Assembly (NCBI GenBank): GCA_964016885.1
Contig: OZ024741.1
Location: 124,124,001 to 124,188,000, forward strand
Source: Eledone cirrhosa
Taxonomy: Eukaryota
Length of the DNA: 64,000 bases
Reading direction: 5' to 3'
Made by a program: the position numbers and the translations under genes. Numbering within the stretch: position 1 is the first letter of the stretch; every line of letters begins with the position of its first letter. Shown here in pieces: positions 53,897 to 64,000 of the stretch. The notes beneath the pieces are model-generated. The model saw only the letters and a program-made list of their open reading frames with translations. It had not been told where the DNA came from and ran no database searches.

Positions 53897-56420
53897 CTAC
53901 TGTATTCTATACGCGATGGAGCCCACCCACAGCCCCGGCGGACAGAATGGAGAAAGCGTTTCCCCGGAGGACGGCAAGCGAGACGCGTTGGAAAAGCCAC
54001 TCCACTCGCGAGGCTCACACCTGCGGCTGGCCAGCTTAGCGGCTATGGTGGTGAGTAAGGATGTAGCCCTAGAGCCGTGGAGACCAGAAGTCTCCACTGC
54101 CAGGGGTACGACCGCAAACCTGTCGGAGAGCGACCGGTATTTGAGGAGTTTGGCCTCCTCAGCCCGACGTGCATCAGAACCTGGGTCAGTCGCAGACTGC
54201 ACCAGGTTGCGGCTACAGAAAGTGTCGGTGCAAGTGGCATCCCAGACGAGGTGTTTGCCACCGTGGCACAGGAAGATGGTCATGCCATTTGGCCTTTTGC
54301 CGTCCCCTCGATCCAGCCCCACCGGCTCGAGCTGGGGAAGGAAGCCTTCAGCGTCCAAGCAATGCTTAATGACCTCGTTGAGGGCAGCATGACGTGGAAT
54401 GCAGCCGGCAGTGTGGCGACAGGAACGCGGGTGGAGGCCAAAAGAGTCCACGGTGGAACCGCAGCGACATTGTGTGGCTGGTAGATCCGGTGTGGCTGGT
54501 AGATCCAGTGGCCAACCATCAGGGAAACGCCGATGCGCAGGCTATGGTTGTCTAGCTGCGTGCCAGAGGAAAAGGAGGGCAGGGCATGGAGTCAGGCACC
54601 ACTGTGGGATTTGGAGGCCGCATGAAAACAAGCAAGGCGGTGCTGGTCGAGCTGGTGCGTGAGCCTGTCTGTGCTGCCTGGATGCGTTGGGGGGACTTGA
54701 GGTCAACAGGGCGAGAAGGAGGAGGGACGTCTTCTGGGCTAATTCCCAGCCGGTCCCACGTCTCACAGGCGACCTCACGTTCTCTGAACACAGATGCTTC
54801 TGTTGTGTTTTGAAAAATCCTGCTGACGAGGACGCGGCACGAGATTACCGACGAAAGATACGCCGGCAAAGATAGTGACATCGGAGACCGGAGGCCAAGT
54901 CCGCCATACCTAACACGTAAAGTGGCCTGTTGCTACCCTATGTCGTCAAAGTTGACGATGCATATCTCCTCAGCTGCTGCTCGGATACAAGTATCGAGGT
55001 CAGCGAAGAGTGATGTCTGGGTGTAGAACGGAGCGCTGCGGAGGGTATAGAGGAGCTTCGGCATGGCGAATCAGTTCCTCAGCAGAAAGAGAGCTGTGTG
55101 GCCGTCAATCAAGCCCAGTCAGCTCATGAGAGTCTGGAATTGTTGAAGCTTGGACCTGATGGTGTAGCGGATAGCCGGCGGCGGGTGGATCTGTGACCCG
55201 AGTATGAGGACATCTTTTGGGGGTCACCTGAACCTGGTGGAGAATGAACCGCACGTCCAAGACGGAGGATGCAAAGCTCGCAGCATCGAGGCTGACATTC
55301 TCCACCTCCGACTTGGTCGAATTGACCTGGAGGGCGATTCACACCAGGGCAGGAACCACCGATTGAAGGTCATGACAGACCGTCGGTATGGGCCCGCGCA
55401 ATGATGAGCCTATTGGTGAGCACCACAATTACACTCAGAAGGCGGCGCCCGGCCTCAGCGGAGAGGGAGGATATCAACTTCTTGAGGTGGACTGGTCGGA
55501 GACCATCAACACCTCCGCAGCTGCTAGCTGGGAAGGACCTGATGGCGGACATGTTGTCTGCATCAGAAGCCACAAGGAGCAAGTGGGGGTCGGGTGAGGG
55601 TACGGGTCTGAGATCAGTAGGTGGCTCAGGGTGTTTGAGTCGCAGAGCAGCCGTGACATCCTCGGTGGGTTGGAGGACAGTGTCCTCTGAGGCAACAACT
55701 CTGTCTGCGGCCGAGACATCACCCATGAAAAGCTTGGCGTTTACCTGGTCACGGAAACAATTGACGCTGGACTCGGCAGTGGAGGATAGGGTGTGTGGCG
55801 GTGTGTGGCGTCCCTGGGCACGCTTGGAATGGCCGCTCGCCCAAAGGACGAGACATTGGCATTGACGAAGGCTGCTGTTGACCGGCCGCCCCGGCCAGCG
55901 CCAGAGCTGGAGAGGCCGAGGGTGAGTGGGGCGAAATAGAACAGCCGCTCCCAGTCACTGGCTCGATTGGAGTCCAGGGCGCTCTCAATCGAAGAAGTGA
56001 GGGCATCGGCTACCGGCACCCGTGCCGCTCCCGGGATCCTGAGAGGGATCATCCGGAGTTGCCTGAGCCGTGCGATGTTGATCAACGAGGCTTGGGCGTC
56101 AGGCAAGCTCGCTGTCCCCTCTGGTGTTGTGCCGTGGCTGGGAAGACGTGGGGAAGAGGCAGCTCCTGCACCTCTACGCTGCGAGGGCTTTGGAAGCTCG
56201 ACGAGTCAAGCCAAAGCAGGTAGGTGTTGGAGCAGCCGCACCCCAAACATTTCCGGCCCCTCTTCCGTCTGTTAGAGGTGCTGCAAGTGCTGCAAGTGTC
56301 GGTTTGGAGGGGTGGGGGATGAGGCGTGGGACTGGTGTTTAAAATAATATTTATTGGCATAATGCGAACAGGTTTGATCTTTCTTGCCTTGTTGATGGAA
56401 CGTTAGAAAGAGCTGTCAAA
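53897..56420 (-). mobile_element. CRE-clade-like non-LTR retrotransposon (RLE-type), internally deleted
   Basis: GC-rich island. SSCGGVDGLRPVHLK; HTALFLLRN..PKLLYTLRSAP; GGLGLR; RHAALNEVIK..EPVGLDRGDGKRPNGMT..LVWDATCTDT; PLAVETSG. Confidence 0.82.
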
Positions 56421-57714
56421 ATTCGCGGAATTATATCTTAAATATCTGTTAGTACTCTACTAAATAATCCATATACATATGAATGATTTCTCGTTATCTG
56501 CCAGATCAATTCAGTGCCCTTGATGATGGAATATGGAATTTATAATTTCTCAGACTTGGGAGACAGACAGCTAGAATGATCACCTCAATATTATCTAGCG
56601 GCTTGAACCTATTGCAGTTTCCATTAGCAAAATTATCTACAATGTGCATGTGACAGAACATATTAAGATAATATCATATGATCAATAACAGGAGATATTA
56701 GTCGAACACATTTCTATATAGAATATGCAGTGAACAGCTCCATGGGGATTTAAAAGTGCAAACATTCCTGAATATATGAAAAAGGAAATGTAACAATCTG
56801 GTCGTCAGTTCGGACCCAGATCGTTCAAAGAAGTTATGGATACTTTAATTTGAAGAATAATATGTGAGATCCAGACACGCAGATGGTGCCCGATCTTTTT
56901 ACTTAAGTAGAGTTGACTGTCATATCCAGTTGGTTTTATAACATGCCTTACTAACGTGCAGGAGCAGATATAACTGGATAAAGAAGTATACGTTTTCATT
57001 TGTTGGGATTTCTAAATACAGATGTGCTTATAATGTCTACTTTTAGCCATTAAACTTATATAGAATGTGATAGTGAAGTTGGTGTACATTGGGTAGCAAT
57101 ATATATTTACCAAGCAACATCCTGCGGGAATCAGCAGAAGAATTAACAAATACAAGGGCAACAATTGGTAGTAACTTAAAAGTAACTCTTAATGTGTTTT
57201 ATGGCATAAAATAAACATATTCATGTCTTTTTACTCCGTCTATCAAATTACACTCGCGAATTTCTAAGACGAATTTGATATGCTTTTGTAGGAGAGAATT
57301 TTTGAAGGTTTTGAACAACAAAGCTAAACCCAAATCAACGTTATTGCAAAATGAATCTATTATCAATATAGCTATTCCTATACAAGGTAAAAATACGAGA
57401 GAGAAAGTCAGGTGATGAGGGTTTAGGAAAACTGTATTCTAAATATTCATCCTTATCTCGCAGCTATCTTTTTTCATGTTTTATCTAAATGCACAAAATA
57501 CATCTCTCCATTCCAGGTAGAATGTTAGATGTATTTGATCAGTTTATTACCATGGTTTTATTAGACGTTTCAACTGACATGTAACATAAACTTTACACCC
57601 AACATCAATATCATTGTTTAATATTTTTGTCAAACTTCAGAGTTCATTACTGTAGTATCACGTGAGAACTGAATCATATACAAACTATCACCATAGCTGT
57701 AGTTGTTGTCATAA

Positions 57715-58286
57715 TTGTTACGTTATTATTGTTGTTGTTATTATTGTTGTTGTTATTATTGTTGTTGTTATTATTGTTGTTATCATTGTGCTGTTATCAT
57801 TCTTGTTATCGTTGTTGCTGTTATCATTATTGCAGTTATTATTGTTGGTGTTATTACTGTAGCTGTTACTGTTTTTGCTGTTATTGTTGTTGCTGTTCTT
57901 ACTGTTTGTTATTATTGTTGTTATTGTTGTTGTTATTATTGATGTTGTCATAATTGTCGCTGTTATTACTATTGCTGTTATTATCGTTGTTATAAGGGCG
58001 GTGAATTGGCAGCATCGTTAGAGCGACGGACAACATGCTTTGTGGCATAGTTACGGCCTTTCATGTTCTGAGTTCAAATCCCACCGAGGTTAGCTCTGCC
58101 TTTCATCCTTACTGGGTCAATAAATAAAGCACCAGTAAAACACTTGTGCCGATTTAATCGACTTTCCCCATCCCCTTCAAATTAGAAACATTTATTATTA
58201 TTCCTATTATTACTGTTGCTGTTATCACAGTTGTTGTCATTGTTGTTGCTGTTATCATTCTTAGTTATCATTGTTACTGTTACAAT
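57715..58286. repeat. (TTG/TTA)n low-complexity tract containing a SINE at about 57995-58192 (+)
   Basis: Trinucleotide tract, with ggcggtgaattggcagc..gagttcaaatccc..gcctttcatcctt inside it. Confidence 0.85.
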
Positions 58287-58775
58287 TAGATGCTAATCCA
58301 AACCAACCAGGAGTGCATCGAAGCTATCCCGGATGTGATAGACTTCGATAACGGTACTCAACTGCCCATAAGTGTTGAGGGCAAACGCCCGAAATGCTTT
58401 CGCTGTGGATCGAAGACTCACCTCAGGGCCTTCTGCAACGAGAAGACCCTGAGAAAGGAGAAAACCCCCCTCCTTCCGAATCCGGCTCCACGGCTACCAG
58501 CAACAGGACAAGCGGCAACCAGGAACGATAGGTCCGTGGCACCCATACCCACTCCACGGAAATCAAAAACAGCAGCAGCAGTGTAAATATTAACAACAAC
58601 AACAGCAATACCAAATGCAGCTGCAACAGAGACTCCAGTGCAAACATCACCAACAACAACAAGTGAAAGAGTGGAGCTGGTACCCCTCCCCGACCTCACA
58701 GAATCAGACATGGAGTGTGAGGTGGGAGAGGGATGGCAAAAGGTCGTAAGAAGGCACAAACGCAGAAGCAGCGCA
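58287..58775 (+). mobile_element. Internal ORF1 fragment of the adjacent L1/Tx1 family, flanked by an 11-bp direct repeat
   Basis: Reverse complement of about 62947-63432, including zinc knuckle CFRCGSKTHLRAFC. actgttacaat occurs at 58276-58286 and 58776-58786. Confidence 0.88.
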
Positions 58776-58831
58776 ACTGTTACAATATATATTGTTATTT
58801 TTATTATTATTAGTAGTAGTAGTAGTATTAG

Positions 58832-58869
<38 letters not shown>

Positions 58870-61800
58870 TTTCTTTATTAACCACAAGGGTTTACATAAA
58901 GTAGACATTAAGGACAGTACGGGACAATACAGGACGGTACAAATGGGCATTTCTGCGTGTAAAAAAACAAAAACAGAGGATGTAACAAAAAAAATAACAA
59001 TGAAAAATTCCCCAATAGGGGGGAGACTTCCGAGGGACATTTGTGGAGAAAGCTCATTAAAAGGCCACAGTGACCCTGACCACCAGGGCAAGTGCCCTCT
59101 CCCAGTTTTCCACCTTTAATTTACAGACACATACTCAGAGTATTCACTCGGGCCATACTTGCTTCTCTCACCCATCTTTCAACAAAATGCTGGGAAGAGA
59201 GCACTTCCCTTTCTACCCTGATTTTCCTTTTCAAATGAAATTTGAAAAAAGTTAATCAGGGCATCACCGAAGAGGTAAGTGCTCGTCTTCAGCCCTTTCA
59301 AACGTGTCCACCATACTATCTCTTTCGCCATGGCCACCAGACAGATAAAAAATGCCTGCCCTTCCCGGCTAAAAGAAGAGGGTGGGGCAATCCTCACGAT
59401 GGACTCAGCTGATAGCCGGATCCGTCCTACACGCGACAGCAGGTGTTCGACATAAGCCCACAAGTATGCAATGCTCGGACATTGGACGAGTGCGTGCAGG
59501 ACGGTTTCGTCGCCCTGCGCGCATCTCGGACATGCCCGGCTGACGGCACCTCCATGCCTGTAGAGTTTATCCCGAACTGGCAAAGGTCCTCGGTAGCACT
59601 GCCAGGCCAGGGATTTCTGGAAGTTGTCCATAGGCCCCGGCCCGAAAGTTCTTCCGAAGAGATTGGCAAGTTGATTTTCGTCAAGGCCTAGAATTTCCCC
59701 AAGTACGTCGTCGCTCTTCCCCTCCACTAATCCTCTATAGAACGCCGAGGTGGAGTTTCCACCGATCACATTGCCCGATTGGTCGAGGGCTGTGAGCGCC
59801 TGAAGACATTCCAGTCTCCAAGCGCTGCCTCTCGGTCTTCGCTTGACCCAGGACTGCAGCTCCGTCAAGGAGACGAGTTGGGGAAAGACGCGTCTAGCAG
59901 ACGGCGACCACACCTGATCACCGTCGAGGAAGAGGTGGAGATGACGTAGCCTGAGCGCCTGTCTGCGCATCATCAGCCACGGCATGCCCAGCCCTCCACA
60001 TAGCGGGTGTTGACAGCAGATGGACCGCCTGACCATCGAAGCGCGTCCATTCCACAAAAAGCGAAAGAGCAAACGGTCCAGCGCAGTCAGGCGGGGCTTA
60101 GGACAAGGTACGACGGTCAAGCGGTATTAGATCACGGATGCGATGTACGCGTTAGCCACCTCCGCTCGACCTTTCAGGGATAGCTTCCTCTCCGCCCATT
60201 TCTGGGTGAGAGAAGCCACTCTGCTCGTCACCTCATCCGAGTTTTTGTCCGTCTGGAGGTCCGGACCGAACCAGACCCCTAGCAATTTAACCGGTCCGTC
60301 CGCCCAGCGCCCGACGACGCTGTTGGACGGCATGGAGCTGCCTCTCTAGGTGCCGAGCTGCAGGCCCACTGACTTTTCCTGGTTGATCATTGCTCCTGTC
60401 ACCGCTTCGTATTCTCTTAGTGTAGTGCCGATCGCATCGATGTGTTTGGCGTTCGACACCACTACGGTGACATCGTCTGCATATGCTGACACGGATCTTC
60501 TGCATCCTAGTTCGCGCAGGACCCCCCTCAACGTCTCCAGTGTGTGCAGTAATGAGTCGAGACTCAATACGTAGAAGAGGGACGAGAGGGGACATCCTTG
60601 GCGGAACCGTTCACTCTCACAACAGAGCAGATGTCGCTGTGCATGGCAGCGATCCAGCTTCAGAAGACGGGCCCAAAGACTGCCCAAAGACTGCCGCTAG
60701 GTAATGATGGTCGACCCCATCGAAAGCTTTCGACTGATCTAAATTGATCAAGGACCTACCTGTGCCAGGTTCCCTAGCTACCCTCTCTACGATGTATCGC
60801 ATGAGGTGGAGGTTGCCGTGGATGGATCTGTCAGGAATGGCGCATGTCTGCGCCTTTCCCACCAGACCACCAAACAAGCGCCAACCACTTTGCTAGCACC
60901 TTGGCCAAAATCTTGAACTCTGTGTTTAGCAAAGTTATGGGCCTGAAATTATCTATGTTATGCCCCTTGTTCGGGTCCTTTCTCAGCAGCGCCACCGCTC
61001 CTCGGCTCACAGAGCTGGGAATTCTCCCGTTCTGTTGCCAGTTGCAGTAGACGTCCGCCAAGAGGCATCCGAACAAGGCTGGCATCGGTACGTAAAGTTC
61101 ATAGGGCAGACCATTCAAACCAGGCAATTTACCCCTTGTGCAGCCGGTCATTGCCTCCCGTACTTCAGTGGCTGTTATCGGCTTTTCGCAACACTCCGCC
61201 TCAGTGGCCGAGAGCCGCGGCAGTCCGTCGAGGTAGACACTAAAGTCCATCACTCGATCCGGTCCGCCGCTGCCCCCGAACAGCTGAGCGAAGTGTCGCT
61301 GAAAAGCTTCACACATTTGCCCGGGATCGAGTAGCGTGCGCCCGTCGTGATCCACCAAAGACGGATCGTGGCTTTGTTGCCACGACGCGCCTCCGCCACT
61401 CGAGCTAATTGAACGGCTTTCGTCCCCTCGTATCTGAGAGCACGCACCCTATCTCTGACAACGCAGCCTTCGTGCTTTGCATTGAAGAATTGGTCAAGGG
61501 CCAATTTCGCCGCAAGTACGTCGGTCGCGATGCCTTTGCAATGCGCCTCGTCTAATTTTCTAACTAGTTCTCCCTCTGCTCTATTTTTCTTTATAGCTAA
61601 AGCCTTACTAAACCTAATGGACTCTATTCTAATCGCTCTTTTCAGAGCAAACCACTACTTGTTGTTGACCATGGCACCCGTCAACGCTCGCTTAACTAGT
61701 TCGCTAATCCGGTCTCTGTAGCCCTTTCATGCTGGTAAGGACGCGTTTAGCTTCCAGTAGCCGGGTCCTCGTCTATGAAGCCTATCTAAGTGAAGCACAT

Positions 61801-64000
61801 CGATCACGAATTTGTGGTCCGTGTAGCTTACTATCTTGAATTGTGGACAGCCTATACTAGACATAACTGTTTCCCTACAAAATACTCTATCTAGATATTA
61901 TCTGGATGAGCCTATGCGATTTGTCCAAGTCCTTATTGGGACATTGGGGAAATCCAATCGGTACCTGTCAGACAGTACAAAACGCCTGAGCAGATTGGTG
62001 AGGCTCTTGAACCCTCCTCTCCTATCCGCTAATCCCACACAGTACCAGCGTGCATCTAAGATCCCGTTCCAGTCGCCCACTAACACTAAAGAGCGGGACG
62101 TTCCTAGAAAGGTCTCCAGACGCCGGAAGAAATCAGGCCGCCCTGCTCCTGTCGGAGATCGGTGCGAGGGCCCATGCTTCGGAGATTCTGGTCTCGCTGA
62201 TGGCCACTAGATCTATGTTTAGTGACCTGATATCGTTGAGCAGGTGGCCCTGCTTCCATGACGACCCCAAGCCACGCGCATTTGTGCTGCCTATTCTGAG
62301 TGAGGTCATGTTGAAATGGAGTGGAAAATATGGGAAAGACCACTTACCTTACTTCTCGTAGAGGAAGGATGGTTTCTCCATCCCTTTTCACTTGATCGTC
62401 TGGTGAAGGGACCGTTGAATCGTCCCTTCGGCTGGTCGTCGGCTCTTCTGTGAGTATATCCGAATATACTCTCCGGTTGAGTGTCCCTCCTAGGTCTCTG
62501 AAATCACCAACTGCGTTGGGGAATTTCGTTTCATTGTTTGTGTATTGTTTCTGTGCTATTCTTACCACTCTTATGTTCGTTGGTGTTTTGATTGGTGCTG
62601 GTATTATGTAGTCGTGCTGTGAAATGTCTGTGTGTTCAATTATGTAAGTCATTAGTTTCTTGTGTGTATTTATTGCCGTGCATTTGTTTTTCTGTGGGTG
62701 GGGTGGGGTTCTGTTATTTTCGTGTCGTTGTTGCTGGGTGTATGTGTTTTGTTGTTGTATTTGCGATGTTGGTGCTTGTGGTGGTGGTGTTGAAGGTGTT
62801 GTTGTTGTTGGCGGTGGGGTTGTCGCCGGTGGTGATGGTGGTGCTAGTGTGGGTGGTGATGGTATTGGTCGTGTTGCTGCTGTAAGTCTCTTTGCAGTAG
62901 CCTTTACCCTTTTTTCATTTCTTTCCTCCCTTTTCGAAGGCGACGATGCGCTGCTTCTGCGTTGCCTTCTTGCAATATTTTGCCATCCCTCTCCCACCTC
63001 ACACTCCATGTCCGATTCTGTGAGGTCGGGGAGGGGTACCAGCTCCACTTTTTCACTTGTTCTTGTTGGTGATGGTTGCAGTGGAGTCTCTGTTGCAGCT
63101 GCAGTTGGTATTACTGTTGTTGTTGTTAATACTTCCACTGCTGCTGCTGTTCATGATTTCCGTGGCGTGGGTATGGGTGCCACGGACCTATCCCTCGTGC
63201 TTGCCGCCTGTCCTGTTGCTGGTAGCAGTGGAGCCGGTTTCGGAAGGAGGGGGGTTTTCTCCTTTCTCAGGGTCTTCTCATTGCAGAAGGCCCTGAGGTG
63301 AGTCTTCGACCCACAGCGAAATATTTCGGGCGTTTGCCCTCAACACTTATGGGCAGTTGAGTGCCGTTATCGAAATCTATCACATCCGGGATAGCTTCGA
63401 TGCACTCCTGCTTGGTTTGGATTTAACATCTCAATGGAGGTGCCGACCCAATATTCTCGTACTTTTTTCTGTACTTGCAGTACAGTTGTTTTGTCCTCGA
63501 TTCCGACGAAGACAGACGAGGCCAGCCAAGAGCGGGGGGGGGGGGGGCAGTTTGACCCTCACAATTTTTTGCCGCAGTAGGAGGGCACCAACACCATTTC
63601 CTCGCTCTTTAGGGTCACTAAGGATGAGCCTTTGCCTCCTGGGGTGTGGCAAAAAGCACGTCCACGGTGGCATATTTCTTGCTTCGGGTGATATGTGTTT
63701 TCCTCTGCCACACAGACCCTAAGGCTTTTTGTATTTGAGCCTCTGTGGCTCTTTCAACCCTACAGGATTTTGTGCATACTGTACGGTACGTGACCGTACA
63801 GTGCTGTTGGGTTTCGAAAAATTGTTCGGCTGCCTTGCAGATTGCTCGGTGTCCGGTTTTCGTCACCATCTTCTTTGCTTCCTGTAATTCCTCATTTTTT
63901 ATAAGGAGGGTTTCCAGGTTCTTTGCGATACCTGCAAACGAGATTGTTTTTTCTTTCTTGCTGTTGTTGTTGTCAGAGCTGCTGTTACTTTTGTTGTTGC
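58832..64000 (-). mobile_element. L1-clade (Tx1-like) LINE, runs off the window; disrupted ORF1 and ORF2; (ATT)n tail
   Basis: ORF1 about 63870-62344 (knuckle, Pro/Thr-rich). ORF2 endonuclease motifs LVGDWN, TWTN, TDHK, GYWKLNASL. RT motifs NFRPITLLN, LDQSKAFD, RQGCPLS, AYADD, GGLGMP. C-terminal CPRC..ETVLHALVQC. Confidence 0.92.

Noticed and set aside
56450-57180. Possible minus-strand exons (signal-peptide-like and FN3-like peptides)
   Set aside because: The frames contain stops and the splice sites are ambiguous.
53916-63722. Long plus-strand ORFs over the CRE-like and L1/Tx1 elements
   Set aside because: They are antisense shadows of GC-rich retrotransposon coding sequence, except the true ORF1 fragment at 58287-58775.

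Overview
AT-rich, microsatellite-saturated eukaryotic DNA made almost entirely of transposon copies. The SINE families and (TA)n/(CA)n/(CATA)n load suggest an octopus or other coleoid cephalopod (inference). Recognisable elements are a near full-length but disrupted Helitron (5.5-12 kb), a Neptune-type Penelope-like element (PLE, 14.9-19.7 kb), two Naiad-type PLE fragments, two tandem R4/Dong-type copies embedded in (CATA)n, a 5'-inverted RTE fragment, a CRE-like non-LTR element, an L1/Tx1 element, many tRNA-derived SINEs, a MITE and several tandem repeats. The most notable unannotated signals are four. (i) About a dozen minimal type-I hammerhead ribozyme motifs from several unrelated families, many as divergent pairs in fold-back inverted repeats. 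(ii) An HIV-like TTTTTTA-GGG -1 slippery site that joins the upstream ORF of the Neptune PLE to its RT ORF. (iii) A 1.9-kb microsatellite-filled inverted pseudo-LTR. (iv) A few candidate host exons, one with a lone in-frame TAG. Most short ORFs in the supplied track are microsatellite artefacts. All calls were made by eye, with no database search or folding software.
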